Below, one piece after another: positions 1-9,441 of a stretch of 64,000 nucleotides of DNA. The stretch lies in the NCBI GenBank assembly GCA_000999025.1, contig LCFM01000003.1, positions 12,253-76,252 of the forward strand, in the 5' to 3' direction. Every line of letters begins with the position of its first letter. Position 1 is the stretch's first letter. The position numbers and the translations under genes are program-made. The notes beneath the pieces were generated by a model, which made no database searches, was not told the DNA's origin, and saw only the letters and a program-made list of their open reading frames with translations. This stretch comes from Parcubacteria group bacterium GW2011_GWA2_43_13 (GTDB lineage: Bacteria > Patescibacteriota > Patescibacteriia > UBA9629 > GWA2-43-13).

Positions 1-1
1 A

Positions 2-355
2 AAAGAGCCCATCATGACTGATGAAAAATGCGAAAAATGCGGCAAACCAATGGTGAAAAAAGACGGGCGGTTCGGCCCATTTCTGGCGTGCTCTGATTAT
101 CCAACCTGCAAAAGCACAAAAAATATCGAACAATCAACCGGTATTACCTGCCCGGCATGCAAAAAAGGCGAGATTATTGCAAAACGCTCACGCAGAGGCA
201 AACCGTTTTGGGCATGCAACCAATACCCTGACTGCGAAAACGCGTACTGGGGAAAACCAACTGGCGAAACCTGCCCTGTGTGCACATCACTGATCGTTCA
301 ATCAACAAAAGACACGACTGCGTGTAGTGACAAAAAATGCAGTTATAAAACGTAG
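2..355 (+). CDS. topA: DNA topoisomerase I, C-terminal zinc-ribbon region (3' partial)
   Basis: The reading frame is open from the window edge. It contains repeated CxxC...CxxC zinc-ribbon modules (CEKCGKPM, CPACKKG, CPVCTS) typical of the Topo I C-terminal domain. The stop TAG lies inside the family A hairpin. Confidence 0.5.
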   Translation, partial: KEPIMTDEKCEKCGKPMVKKDGRFGPFLACSDYPTCKSTKNIEQSTGITCPACKKGEIIAKRSRRGKPFWACNQYPDCENAYWGKPTGETCPVCTSLIVQSTKDTTACSDKKCSYKT

Positions 356-423
356 AGACGCCCCGCTGGGGCGTCTCAAAACGATATGTACTGAATCGAG
401 ACGTGCCAGCGGCGCGTCTCTAC
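352..423. repeat. Family A composite palindromic element (unit X GAGACGCCCCGCTGGGGCGTCTC plus unit Y GAGACGTGCCAGCGGCGCGTCTC inside outer GTAGAGACG/CGTCTCTAC)
   Basis: Read directly: GTAGAGACGCCCCGCTGGGGCGTCTC ... GAGACGTGCCAGCGGCGCGTCTCTAC. The same modules recur at 5406, 12691 and 39574. Confidence 0.8.
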
Positions 424-425
424 AG

Positions 426-878
426 TTACGACCGAATCTTTTTCGCGATCTCGGCAAGAACCGCGTCATCTGCTCGCGCGCTGTCATGCGAAGAAATATA
501 TCCTTCGTAATAATCAAAATATTTTTCAACATGCGATTTACGCTCTCGCCATGCGTCTGTTTTTGTTCCATGCATTGGGAATAATTTTACATGAAGATGA
601 TCCACGCCAAATCCTTCAAAAATCATTCCCGTCCTTCCCACATCGTCTAACTTTTCATCAATGAGTTTGCCAACCTTTTTTGCGACGAGCACTAATCCTG
701 ACAATACATCATCTGGCATATCAAATGCATAACTTGGATAATGGTCTTTCGTAATGACAACCGTAAACCCTTCCGTGTTCGGAAAAATACTTAAAAAGGC
801 CAGATATTTTTCATCTTCCCATACTGTATGGCATGGCGTTGTGCCTGCCACTATGTTGCAAAAAATACAGTCAGTCAT
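426..878 (-). CDS. HIT-family (histidine triad) nucleotide hydrolase
   Basis: MTDCIFCNIVAG N-terminus and an HVHLHV-type histidine triad (DHLHVKLFP). The start was chosen at the internal Met of ORF 426..1034. Confidence 0.75.
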   Translation of the reverse strand: MTDCIFCNIVAGTTPCHTVWEDEKYLAFLSIFPNTEGFTVVITKDHYPSYAFDMPDDVLSGLVLVAKKVGKLIDEKLDDVGRTGMIFEGFGVDHLHVKLFPMHGTKTDAWRERKSHVEKYFDYYEGYISSHDSARADDAVLAEIAKKIRS

Positions 879-1057
879 AGATAGAATAATACGCCCCCTT
901 TTGTCAACACTATCAAAATTTTTATATTTTGTATATACTCTCCTCAACAGGCGAACAACTGACAACGCACACAGGGGGGGGTACATATTGTCGCGACCAG
1001 CGCGATAAGTGTATCCCTCTTTTTTTTTTGACAAAAATATGCTTTAGTAAGAGTACT

Positions 1058-2539
1058 ATGTCTGATGTTTCCATAGAATCGCTGATAGAAATCATCAAAC
1101 TCAATAAACTCAATATTGACACTCAAAAAGTGAAGCAGGCGTTTGAATTTGCCCAAAAGGCGCATGAAGGTCAAACCCGCAAAACAGGAGAGCCCTATAT
1201 TACTCATCCGCTTGCCGTTGCCATGACTTTGGCTGACCTGCGACTGGACGAGGCAACCATTGTCGCAGGCCTTTTGCATGACGTTCCTGAAGATACAAAA
1301 AAAACGCTCATTGATGTACGCAAAGATTTTGGATCTGATGTCGCAATGTTAGTTGAAGGCATTACAAAATTAGGAAAAGTAAAATATCGCGGCATAGAGC
1401 GGTATGTTGAGAATTTACGCAAAATGTTTATTGCCATGGCCGCTGATATCCGCACCATTTTTATTAAATTTGCAGACCGCATCCATAATTTACAAACCAT
1501 TGAAGCACTGGATGCAAAAAAAGCAGAACGCATTGCAAAAGAAACTCTCACAATTTACGCTCCCATTGCAAACCGGCTCGGTATCAATGTATTAAAAGAT
1601 GTGCTTGAAGACCTCGCGTTTCAGCATGCCTATCCAAAAGAATATAAAAATGTTACTGCTCTTTTAGATGGAGGCCAAAAACAACGCGACCGATGTTATC
1701 TTTCTGTGCATACGGCGGTCTTAGACGCGCTAAACAAAGAAAACATTCAGGTTGTTTCATTTTATGGAAGAACAAAACAGCCATACAGTTTGTACCGCAA
1801 ACTCCAGCAACACAGCAATGATCCAAATAAAATATTCGATCTCCTTGCCATGCGATTGATAGTGCCGACAATTCAAGATTGTTATGCAGTGCTCGGCATT
1901 ATCAACGCCCTCTATCGGCCATTGCCCGGCAGAATCAAAGATTATATCGCCCAACCAAAACCGAATGGGTATCAATCATTGCACACCACGGTTTTGTGCG
2001 ATCGCTCTATTATTGAATTCCAAATACGAACACCTGAAATGCACGAACAAGCAGAATACGGTATCGCCTCTCACTGGCATTATGATGAAGAAGGGGCGCG
2101 CATTTCTGATAAAGATATCACGTGGGTACAGGAACTCGCGCGCTGGCAGGAAGAAATCAAAGATGAAAAAAAATATCTTGAATCACTCAAGATTGATGTA
2201 TTCCAAAATCGTATTTTTGTCTTTACCCCCAAAGGAGATGTCATTGATTTACCCGAGGATTCAACCCCTGTTGATTTTGCCTATCATATCCACTCTGACA
2301 TCGGCAATAAATGCGCTTCCGCAAAAATCAATGGTCAAATAGCAAAATTAGATGAAAAACTCAAAAGCGGCGATGTGATTGAAATTATTATTGATAAAAA
2401 CCGCAAAGGGCCGAACACCAACTGGCTTAAATTTGTCAAAACACAACAAGCGCGCGCAAAAATCCGGCAACACGCGCCCAAGCCGGTGTGGGAACAAGTC
2501 ATTTCCGGCGTCACGGAAAAATTCGGGAAAAAGAAATAA
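1058..2539 (+). CDS. rel: bifunctional (p)ppGpp synthetase/hydrolase (RelA/SpoT family, short form)
   Basis: HD hydrolase motif (HDVPEDT), RelA/SpoT synthetase core (YRPLPGRIKDYIAQPKPNGYQSLHTTV) and a TGS-like region. The start was set at MSDVSIESL. Confidence 0.85.
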   Translation: MSDVSIESLIEIIKLNKLNIDTQKVKQAFEFAQKAHEGQTRKTGEPYITHPLAVAMTLADLRLDEATIVAGLLHDVPEDTKKTLIDVRKDFGSDVAMLVEGITKLGKVKYRGIERYVENLRKMFIAMAADIRTIFIKFADRIHNLQTIEALDAKKAERIAKETLTIYAPIANRLGINVLKDVLEDLAFQHAYPKEYKNVTALLDGGQKQRDRCYLSVHTAVLDALNKENIQVVSFYGRTKQPYSLYRKLQQHSNDPNKIFDLLAMRLIVPTIQDCYAVLGIINALYRPLPGRIKDYIAQPKPNGYQSLHTTVLCDRSIIEFQIRTPEMHEQAEYGIASHWHYDEEGARISDKDITWVQELARWQEEIKDEKKYLESLKIDVFQNRIFVFTPKGDVIDLPEDSTPVDFAYHIHSDIGNKCASAKINGQIAKLDEKLKSGDVIEIIIDKNRKGPNTNWLKFVKTQQARAKIRQHAPKPVWEQVISGVTEKFGKKK

Positions 2540-2617
2540 ACATAAAAAAGAGGGGTGTGGATAAATAAGGAGATGAATAATTGAGGCGCATGGTGAGATG
2601 ATCTATACTTACGCTAT

Positions 2618-3034
2618 ATGAAACAATTTTTACAATACGTTATTACATTTGGAGTGCCTGTTTTAGTGCTTGCGTTGATGCTTGCACCTTTTTTTATTTT
2701 TAGAAAAGCGCGCGGTTGGCTGGGCTCTTGGCCCGGCGCGATTTTGCGGTGGGGAGTGGGGGTTGGGATTTGGTATTTAACAACAGATGTTTTTTTTAAT
2801 AAATTTTATTACTCTACATTACCTGGAATAGACAGTGCGAATATCGTCCTTATTTTAGGGTTATTTATATTTTTCCTTCTTTGGCCGTTCTTTGGATTTA
2901 ATCTTGCGCAAGGTAATAAACTAACCAAATCTATTATTTTTCAACTGATAGTAGGTCTGATAAATGTAGCAGTTGGTATTTTTATATTGATTATGGCTAT
3001 TCCATGGGGATTGGCCGGATTGGGAGGACTGTAA
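2618..3034 (+). CDS. hypothetical integral membrane protein
   Basis: 138 aa with several hydrophobic segments. No recognisable family. Confidence 0.45.
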   Translation: MKQFLQYVITFGVPVLVLALMLAPFFIFRKARGWLGSWPGAILRWGVGVGIWYLTTDVFFNKFYYSTLPGIDSANIVLILGLFIFFLLWPFFGFNLAQGNKLTKSIIFQLIVGLINVAVGIFILIMAIPWGLAGLGGL

Positions 3035-3082
3035 CCTCACCCCTACCCTCTCCTTATTAAGGAGAGGGAGACGACGGCACTC
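3035..3082 (+). repeat. Family B palindromic element (CCTCACCCCTACCCTCTCCTT-ATTA-AGGAGAGGGAGACGACGG)
   Basis: Perfect 10-bp stem CCCTCTCCTT/AAGGAGAGGG in the intergenic gap between 2618..3034 and 3089..5395. The right arm is a Shine-Dalgarno-like AAGGAGAGGG. Confidence 0.8.
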
Positions 3083-3088
3083 GTAATT

Positions 3089-5395
3089 ATGCGCAAAAAA
3101 ATTATTATCATCAACGTTATTTTATTATTAGGAGGAGGCATCTTGCTTCCGTTCCATTTTTTATCAGCCATAGATCAGCTGACTCCCATTATTATTGTAC
3201 CTGGTGTCGGCGCTTCGCTTAACTGGCAAACATTCACTGACCATGGGAATAATAGTTGGGATTTTGCACCAAGTGTAAATGACTATAAAACATTAATTCA
3301 AACACTTGAAGCACGTGGATATGTTTTAAACCAAAACCTCTTTATTGCGCATTATGATTGGCGGCAAAGTAATCTTTTATCAGCAACACAATATCTTAAA
3401 CCAGTGATTGATAAAGCAATACTAATCAATCGTACGAATGATGTCTATGTTATTGCTCACAGTATGGGCGGATTAGTAACACGATCATATGTGGAATATA
3501 ATAATGATACAAGAATTGCAAGCTTTATTATGCTTGGAACACCGAATTATGGATCCGGAGATACGTATACACTATGGGAAAATGGAACATTACCAGTAGG
3601 ATATACTGGAAAACGCGCATATGCCATCTTATTTTATCTCTGGTATCTTACAGCTTCTCAAAAATTATTTGGCGATAACTTTACTGCCGTACAACAAAAT
3701 GTCCAATCCGCAAAAGAGTTACTGCCGACATACGATTATCTCAAAAACGCAGAAACAGATGAAATAATTCCTTATGCAACGCATAAACGCAAAGCAAACA
3801 CCTTAAGCCGCAATTCGTTTTTAGAAAGTCTCAATGATCCATGGAGCATGCAAAAAATGATTGATCGTATTTTTAACACACACATTATCGCAGGCACTGG
3901 CGAGCAAACGCTAAAGTATATCCCTGTCGCGCCGGATAATGATACTAACAATGCGCAATGGACTGACGGTGTGCCATTACCTAATCCGCCACTAAAGGAT
4001 ACAGATGAGGGCGACGGGACAGTATTACTCGAAAGCGCGTTGATTAAAAATTTGGATATTCATAAACGGATTGTTTTGGTGCAGTCGTGGTGGAGGAAAG
4101 CGTTATCTTTATTCATACCTCACCCCTCCCTCTCCTTCTTAAGGAGAGGGAACGACGACGCCTCCGGACATCACCCCAACCCTCTTCCCAATCCGCCAGC
4201 TGGCGGATTGGGACAAGCTCTTGTAAAGGAGAGAGGGATTGACGTTGCCTACGCGCAAGAAGATGATGAAGGATATACGCATGAAGAATACATCCAAAAT
4301 TGCATTAATCGCGGAAAAACGCGGGAAGAATGCGAGCAACAACTTGAAAACTATTTTTTATCCAGCAGTTATCCAATTAAACTGCACACCATTGCCTCAA
4401 CCCATGGCGATTTGCCAACAACCGCGATCCCTAAAATCTTTGAAATACTTGGACTTGGCGCAGTGCCTGAAATACCGGCCCAACCATCCCCTATCCAACG
4501 ACTGCTCCAAGTATGGATTGGATCTCCTGTTGCAGTAGACATCACAGCCCCTGATGGAACCCCAATGAATGAAATAGAAAATATCGAAATCGCGACATCA
4601 GGTGGGGATGATCCGATTCAAATCATTTCCATCCCAGAACCGGAACAAGGGGAATATACTGTCACGCTTACTGGCACCGGAACAGGAGAATACCATCTTG
4701 CCGCCTCACTCATAAGCGATACTGAACAAACATTAACAACAAAAAATGGCACGACTGCGCCATCATTGCAAACAACATATACAGTAACAATCCCTGAACA
4801 ACCAGCAGAACCCACACAAAATCAAAACCTCTTTGAGCAAGAACCAACCACGGACTACACCCTTTCACTCTCGCAAGGATGGAATCTTATTTCTATCCCC
4901 TCTTTTATTTCCGACTCGTCTCCGGAATCATTCTTTGAAGAGAATATACAATCCATTGATTCTATTTGGTCGTATGACGCTTTGCAAGAAAATCCATGGC
5001 ACACATATTATCCGAACCGGCCGGAGCTCAACTCACTTACAACTCTCTCCCCCGGGTACGGCTATTGGATCAAATGGACATTGCAAGAGCCACTTACACT
5101 CACAAAACAAATAGCTCCGCTTGAGCAAGGGCCAATGACTCCGCCTTCACGCACACTCACAAATGGATGGAATTTAATCGGGCCATATCATCTCTTTAAT
5201 ACGCGATCAGGTGCTTTTGAAACAGCGTTTCAAACACTCACGCTGAATAATACCCCTTTATGGAAGTCCATACTTGGATATAATAATGACAGAAAAATAT
5301 TTCAACGATTTTCGGATGATGATTTTGACGATGCAGGCAATGGCTACTGGCTGTTTGTGCAAAATAAAAAAGGATCCTCTGTGTTTGCTCCGTAA
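3089..5395 (+). CDS. secreted alpha/beta-hydrolase (lipase/esterase, PGAP1/LCAT-like) with a large C-terminal domain
   Basis: N-terminal signal peptide and a nucleophile elbow GxSxG (VIAHSMGGLV). Residues encoded by about 4118-4212 come from family B and E repeat sequences in frame. Confidence 0.55.
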   Translation: MRKKIIIINVILLLGGGILLPFHFLSAIDQLTPIIIVPGVGASLNWQTFTDHGNNSWDFAPSVNDYKTLIQTLEARGYVLNQNLFIAHYDWRQSNLLSATQYLKPVIDKAILINRTNDVYVIAHSMGGLVTRSYVEYNNDTRIASFIMLGTPNYGSGDTYTLWENGTLPVGYTGKRAYAILFYLWYLTASQKLFGDNFTAVQQNVQSAKELLPTYDYLKNAETDEIIPYATHKRKANTLSRNSFLESLNDPWSMQKMIDRIFNTHIIAGTGEQTLKYIPVAPDNDTNNAQWTDGVPLPNPPLKDTDEGDGTVLLESALIKNLDIHKRIVLVQSWWRKALSLFIPHPSLSFLRRGNDDASGHHPNPLPNPPAGGLGQALVKERGIDVAYAQEDDEGYTHEEYIQNCINRGKTREECEQQLENYFLSSSYPIKLHTIASTHGDLPTTAIPKIFEILGLGAVPEIPAQPSPIQRLLQVWIGSPVAVDITAPDGTPMNEIENIEIATSGGDDPIQIISIPEPEQGEYTVTLTGTGTGEYHLAASLISDTEQTLTTKNGTTAPSLQTTYTVTIPEQPAEPTQNQNLFEQEPTTDYTLSLSQGWNLISIPSFISDSSPESFFEENIQSIDSIWSYDALQENPWHTYYPNRPELNSLTTLSPGYGYWIKWTLQEPLTLTKQIAPLEQGPMTPPSRTLTNGWNLIGPYHLFNTRSGAFETAFQTLTLNNTPLWKSILGYNNDRKIFQRFSDDDFDDAGNGYWLFVQNKKGSSVFAP
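4118..4212 (+). repeat. Family B element plus 26-bp perfect palindrome CCCAATCCGCCAGCTGGCGGATTGGG, inserted in frame within the hydrolase gene
   Basis: CCTCACCCCTCCCTCTCCTTCTTAAGGAGAGGGAACGACGACGCCTCC is nearly identical to the copy at 3035. It is translated as LSLFIPHPSLSFLRRGNDDASGHHPNPLPNPPAGGLGQ. Confidence 0.75.
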
Positions 5396-5405
5396 TGAGG
5401 GAGAT

Positions 5406-5469
5406 GTAGAGACGGGGTTAACCCCGTCTCTACGATTATTAAAAAGACACCCCGCTGGGGCGTCTCTAC
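5406..5469. repeat. Family A composite element (GTAGAGACGGGGTTAACCCCGTCTCTAC plus AGACACCCCGCTGGGGCGTCTCTAC)
   Basis: Lies between the convergent hydrolase gene and parB. Probably acts as a bidirectional terminator. Confidence 0.8.
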
Positions 5470-5499
5470 ACTACTCAAGATATGAGCCAAGCACGTGTA

Positions 5500-6399
5500 T
5501 TATTTTCCTACCAATTTCGCGACAATCGCCCCTAAATCCTCCTCACTATAAAACTCAATATCCACAGAGCCGCGCTCACCGCGCTTATGAATATGCACGC
5601 GCGTGCCAAGCGCTTCTTCAAGAGCGCTCTCCTGCGCGACGGTATCCGAACTTTTCCGCAAGGACCTATCATGAGTGCGTACTTTTATTTTTTGCACTTC
5701 CGCAAGCGCACGCGTGCCGGTCATCTCTCCTTTTTTCATCTTTTCCCATAATGCATTTCTCTCCTCGTCTGTTTTTAAACTCAACAAATTCCGCGCCTGA
5801 TACTCATTGATTTCACCGACTGCGAGCGAATGCTGAATAGCATCAGGCAGTGTTAATAACCTCAGCGTGTTTGCAATAACCGGACGACTTTTGCCCATTC
5901 GTTTTGCTATTTCTTCTTGCGTCAATCCAAACTCATCAGACAATCGGGCGTATGCTTCTGCAAGTTCAATAAAATTCAAATCAGCACGTTGAATATTTTC
6001 AATCATCGCAAGTTCGAGTTTTTCCATTTCATCGGTTTCCCGAATCACCGCGGGAATTGTTTTCAATCCGATTCGTTTTGCGGCCTGCAAACGCCTCTGT
6101 CCGGCAACCAAAATATATCCGCCAACAGGATCAATGCTTACAACCAAGGGCTGTAAAATACCATGCTGTTTAATTGATTCAGCAAGATCATTCAGCGCCA
6201 CGGAATTCATATCTTTGCGCGGCTGATATGGATTTTCTTTAATATCGCCAACGTCAATATGTAAAATCCTGTCTGATCGCACGTCATCATCGCTCTGACG
6301 TGGAGAAATATCATCGGTATCCCCTCTGTGATGCGCAGAAGATTGCGCCATTGGAATCAACGACGACAATCCTCGGCCTAATATTTGTTTTTTTGACAT
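5500..6399 (-). CDS. parB: chromosome partitioning protein ParB/Spo0J
   Basis: ParB N-terminal nuclease-like box (ILQPLVV ... GQRRLQAAKRIGL) followed by an HTH. Adjacent to parA. Confidence 0.85.
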   Translation of the reverse strand: MSKKQILGRGLSSLIPMAQSSAHHRGDTDDISPRQSDDDVRSDRILHIDVGDIKENPYQPRKDMNSVALNDLAESIKQHGILQPLVVSIDPVGGYILVAGQRRLQAAKRIGLKTIPAVIRETDEMEKLELAMIENIQRADLNFIELAEAYARLSDEFGLTQEEIAKRMGKSRPVIANTLRLLTLPDAIQHSLAVGEINEYQARNLLSLKTDEERNALWEKMKKGEMTGTRALAEVQKIKVRTHDRSLRKSSDTVAQESALEEALGTRVHIHKRGERGSVDIEFYSEEDLGAIVAKLVGK

Positions 6400-6489
6400 A
6401 CTGTTAAAAAATTCGAGCCCACCAGCTGGCGGAAAAATTCGAAACTATTTTTAATGTTATATTTTGAATGTCCTACTTTGTGCTTTTTC

Positions 6490-7272
6490 CTATGCCCTCA
6501 AGGTATCTAAAATCTCGCGCGTTAATTTTTCATACGCTTTAGCTCCTCGTGATTTGTCGTCATAATTGATAATCGGCAATCCATGAGAAGGCGCTTCAGC
6601 AAGACGGACATTGCGAGGGATAACGGACCGAAAAATCTTTTTAGGAAAATACTGATACAATTCTTTTAACACTGCCTCGGAGAGCCCGACTCTCTTGTCA
6701 TACATTGTAATCACCGCACCTAAAATATTCAACTCCGCGTGTAAATTTTGTTGCACAAGATTGATCGTATTTAATAACTGCCCCAATCCTTCAAGCGCAT
6801 AATATTCCGCCTGAACAGGAATCAACACATGCGTCGCTCCAACCAAACCATTGATGGTCAAAAGCCCTAAACTCGGCGGGCAATCTATCACAATAAAATC
6901 GTAATCATGAGAAAAGGATTTCAGCGCGTCGTGCAAACGATATTCACGACGCGGAAGATTAACAAGTTCCACTGTTGCACCGGCTAATTGAATCGTTGCC
7001 GGAGCCATATGCAGTCGCTCATCTGCTTTGCCTAAAATAACATGAGGAAACGGATGTACCCCGACCATTGCCTCATACACGCCCTTATCAAGCTCGCTAT
7101 GCCGAATCCCCATGCCACTGGTTGCGTTTGCCTGGGGATCAAGGTCAACCAAAAGAACTTTTTTTCCAAAGTATGCTAAAAACGTCGCAACATTGACCGC
7201 AGTCGTTGTTTTGCCAACACCTCCTTTTTGATTTACAACAGCAATACTATGAGCCATATTTACCTGTATCAT
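6490..7272 (-). CDS. parA: chromosome partitioning ATPase ParA/Soj
   Basis: Deviant Walker A (KGGVGKTTTAVN). The start was chosen at MIQVN; the ORF continues to 7302. Confidence 0.85.
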   Translation of the reverse strand: MIQVNMAHSIAVVNQKGGVGKTTTAVNVATFLAYFGKKVLLVDLDPQANATSGMGIRHSELDKGVYEAMVGVHPFPHVILGKADERLHMAPATIQLAGATVELVNLPRREYRLHDALKSFSHDYDFIVIDCPPSLGLLTINGLVGATHVLIPVQAEYYALEGLGQLLNTINLVQQNLHAELNILGAVITMYDKRVGLSEAVLKELYQYFPKKIFRSVIPRNVRLAEAPSHGLPIINYDDKSRGAKAYEKLTREILDTLRA

Positions 7273-7531
7273 ATCATACGGTTTCTCTTTAGGAAATGGC
7301 AATCAGTAGACAATCTGCAAAAATTCTATTAAAGTATGGATGGTAAGTATAGGCATCACTCTCCAGAATTGAACTTAGAACGCAGGGGAAATTGTGTCTG
7401 GCGTAGTTTTGGAACGAGGGGGATTTGAGCCGTATCCAATGATACGGCGAAAATTTCCTGACGTGAAAAACAAGCCAGGCGCAATCTTAACAAGTTATGG
7501 AGTGCTATTTTGGGGAGTGATGCCTATGTAT

Positions 7532-7615
7532 GCCGCCGTGGTGGAATTGGTAGACACGCAGGTCTCAAAAACCTGTGAGGGCAACTTCATGTCGGTTCGA
7601 CTCCGACCGGCGGCA
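7532..7615 (+). tRNA. tRNA-Leu (anticodon CAA), long variable arm
   Basis: Folded by hand. Acceptor GCCGCCG/CGGCGGC, D-arm with GGTAGAC, anticodon stem CAGGT/ACCTG with loop CTCAAAA, and T-arm GTCGG-TTCGACT-CCGAC. Confidence 0.8.
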
Positions 7616-7623
7616 ATTTTTCT

Positions 7624-7697
7624 ACCAGGGTAGCTCAGTTGGTTAGAGCGAGGGAATCATAACCCCTAGGTCGTGAGTTCGATCCTCACCCCTGGTA
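7624..7697 (+). tRNA. elongator tRNA with anticodon CAT (Met, or Ile2 if lysidinylated)
   Basis: Acceptor ACCAGGG/CCCTGGT, D-loop AGTTGGTTA, anticodon loop ATCATAA, and T-arm GTGAG-TTCGATC-CTCAC. There is an A31-C39 mismatch in the anticodon stem. Confidence 0.7.
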
Positions 7698-7867
7698 CTC
7701 ATTACACACTATGGTTGCTTGCATTAAAATATCATGAATGATATAGTCCCGTACAAAGTATTCGCCATAAAATGCTTTAGTATTTTATGGCGAGAGGAGG
7801 GGCAAGCGTAGGCTGAAGTGTGGCACTTTAGTGACACACGTAAGCCAAAGCTTTGACCCGACGACGA

Positions 7868-7939
7868 CGCGGGGTAGAGAAATGGCATCTCGCCTGGCTC
7901 ATAACCAGGAGACTGCGGGTTCGAATCCCGCCTCCGCCA
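7868..7939 (+). tRNA. initiator tRNA-fMet (anticodon CAT)
   Basis: Unpaired 1:72 (C/C) and A11:U24 are both hallmarks of the bacterial initiator. Anticodon stem CCTGG/CCAGG with loop CTCATAA; T-arm GCGGG-TTCGAAT-CCCGC. Confidence 0.7.
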
Positions 7940-7942
7940 ATC

Positions 7943-7976
7943 AAAAAACCGCCTCTCTCCATGTGCGGTTTTTTGA
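7943..7976 (+). terminator. rho-independent terminator after the tRNA cluster
   Basis: AACCGC-ctctctccatgt-GCGGTT followed by TTTTTT. Confidence 0.6.
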
Positions 7977-7990
7977 TATTCAAAAATAAT

Positions 7991-8371
7991 TTATCTGCGA
8001 TACCCTGACCGATATTCAGAACGATGGGTGTTAAACACAAGCGTAAACAATGAAAGAAGTATGCTAAACACCAATGCCCAACCGAAATTGGCAACTTCAA
8101 ACCCCGTAACAACCGCACTTGCCAACAAAATCAACATCGCATTGATAACAAAGGTTAACAGCCCGAGCGTTAAAATATTAATCGGCAACGTAAAAATAAT
8201 AAGAATAGGTTTAAGCACCGCATTGATAATACCAATCACAATCGCCGCAACAAACGCAGCCCAAAATCCTGCTACATCAACTCCAGGCAAAAGGTACGCT
8301 CCTGCCATAACCGCGACAGTATTCAAAAAAAGATTGATAATAATATGCATAGTTCTTATAGTATACCACAC
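7991..8371 (-). CDS. small 4-TMS membrane protein (phage-holin-4 / DUF360 / YvlD-like)
   Basis: Hydrophobic 126-aa protein. AGAYLLPGVDVAGFWAAFVAAIVIGIINAVLKPIL resembles family pfam04020. Confidence 0.5.
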   Translation of the reverse strand: MWYTIRTMHIIINLFLNTVAVMAGAYLLPGVDVAGFWAAFVAAIVIGIINAVLKPILIIFTLPINILTLGLLTFVINAMLILLASAVVTGFEVANFGWALVFSILLSLFTLVFNTHRSEYRSGYRR

Positions 8372-9441
8372 TATACAATTTCACACCACCCAAGATAATC
8401 TTCTTTTTCGCCATACTGAATGGCTGTCATATCATAATAAAACATCTCCGTCATCGGCCCTATCTTATTATTGTTGATATTCATCTCATTTCCATCATGG
8501 TGAATGAGCCCGATTGGAGCAATAACTGCCGCTGTTCCTGTCCCAAATGCCTCTTGTAACTTCCCTATGTGACCCGCGTCAAACACCTCCTGTATGGTAA
8601 TCGCTCGTTCCTCAACTATCATTCCCTTCTCTCGCGCAAGAGCAAGAACACTATCGCGAGTAATACCCGGTAAAATACTCCCTGATAACGCAGGAGTGAT
8701 CAGTACACTGTTAATAACAAAAAAAACATTCATCACGCCTGCTTCTTCAATAGTTGCATTATCATGGGCATTGAGCCACAAAATCTGGGAAAACCCTTGC
8801 TCATGCGCTTCTTTAAATGGAAGCATACTTGCGGCATAATTGCCTGCTGTTTTCACGTCACCAACGCCTCCGCGTACCGCCCGCACATACTCGCCTGATG
8901 TCATAAGCTTTACCGGCTTCATCCCTTCTGGATAATAATAGCCCATAGGAGATGTTAAAATCGCAAAACGGTACGAAAGCGATGGCTTCAATCCAAGAGA
9001 ATAATCAATAGCAAACACAACCGGCCGAATATACAACGACTTACCGCGTTCCTTCGGTATCCATGTTCTATCCAATTCCATGAGTGTGCGAATTGCTGAA
9101 ATAAAATGATCATAGTCAAACTGCGGAATGCACATGCGTTCGCATGAACGCATCAGACGTTTGTAATGATCACGTGGCCGGAATACGCGCACCTTACCGT
9201 CAGCGCCCCAAAATGCTTTCATTCCCTCAAACACCGATTGACCATAGTGAAGCGCGCTTAACGATAACGCCATGCCCACTTCACCATACGGAAGAATATG
9301 CGAATCGCCCCATACTCCGTCGCGAAAATCCATTGCGAACATGTGATCAGACATCTCTTTCCCAAAAACAAGGTTGTCAAAATCAACATTCTCTCTTCGA
9401 CTCTGTTGTGCTTTTTGTATGGTCATAAATATTTTTCCCAC
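8371..9441 (-). CDS. ilvE: branched-chain amino acid aminotransferase (PLP fold type IV)
   Basis: 356 aa; typical IlvE N-terminus and core. Confirmed by length and motifs. Confidence 0.85.
   Translation of the reverse strand: MGKIFMTIQKAQQSRRENVDFDNLVFGKEMSDHMFAMDFRDGVWGDSHILPYGEVGMALSLSALHYGQSVFEGMKAFWGADGKVRVFRPRDHYKRLMRSCERMCIPQFDYDHFISAIRTLMELDRTWIPKERGKSLYIRPVVFAIDYSLGLKPSLSYRFAILTSPMGYYYPEGMKPVKLMTSGEYVRAVRGGVGDVKTAGNYAASMLPFKEAHEQGFSQILWLNAHDNATIEEAGVMNVFFVINSVLITPALSGSILPGITRDSVLALAREKGMIVEERAITIQEVFDAGHIGKLQEAFGTGTAAVIAPIGLIHHDGNEMNINNNKIGPMTEMFYYDMTAIQYGEKEDYLGWCEIV

Noticed and set aside
929-1057. Upstream extension of the rel ORF overlapping the HIT gene
   Set aside because: The extension overlaps the divergent HIT gene's start region and lacks conservation. 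The MSDVSIESL start was used.
6400-6489. parS centromere site between parB and parA
   Set aside because: No match to the TGTTTCACGTGAAACA-type consensus anywhere in the window. The palindrome present (CCACCAGCTGGCGG) belongs to repeat family E.
7394-7633. 79-aa ORF on the plus strand
   Set aside because: It overlaps tRNA-Leu completely and runs into the next tRNA. Spurious.
7868-7939. Possible tmRNA tRNA-like domain, or a non-tRNA
   Set aside because: The acceptor stem initially seemed not to pair. Re-folding showed 6 of 7 pairs with only 1:72 unpaired, plus A11:U24, which is the bacterial initiator tRNA signature. No mRNA-like or pseudoknot region is nearby, so tmRNA was rejected.
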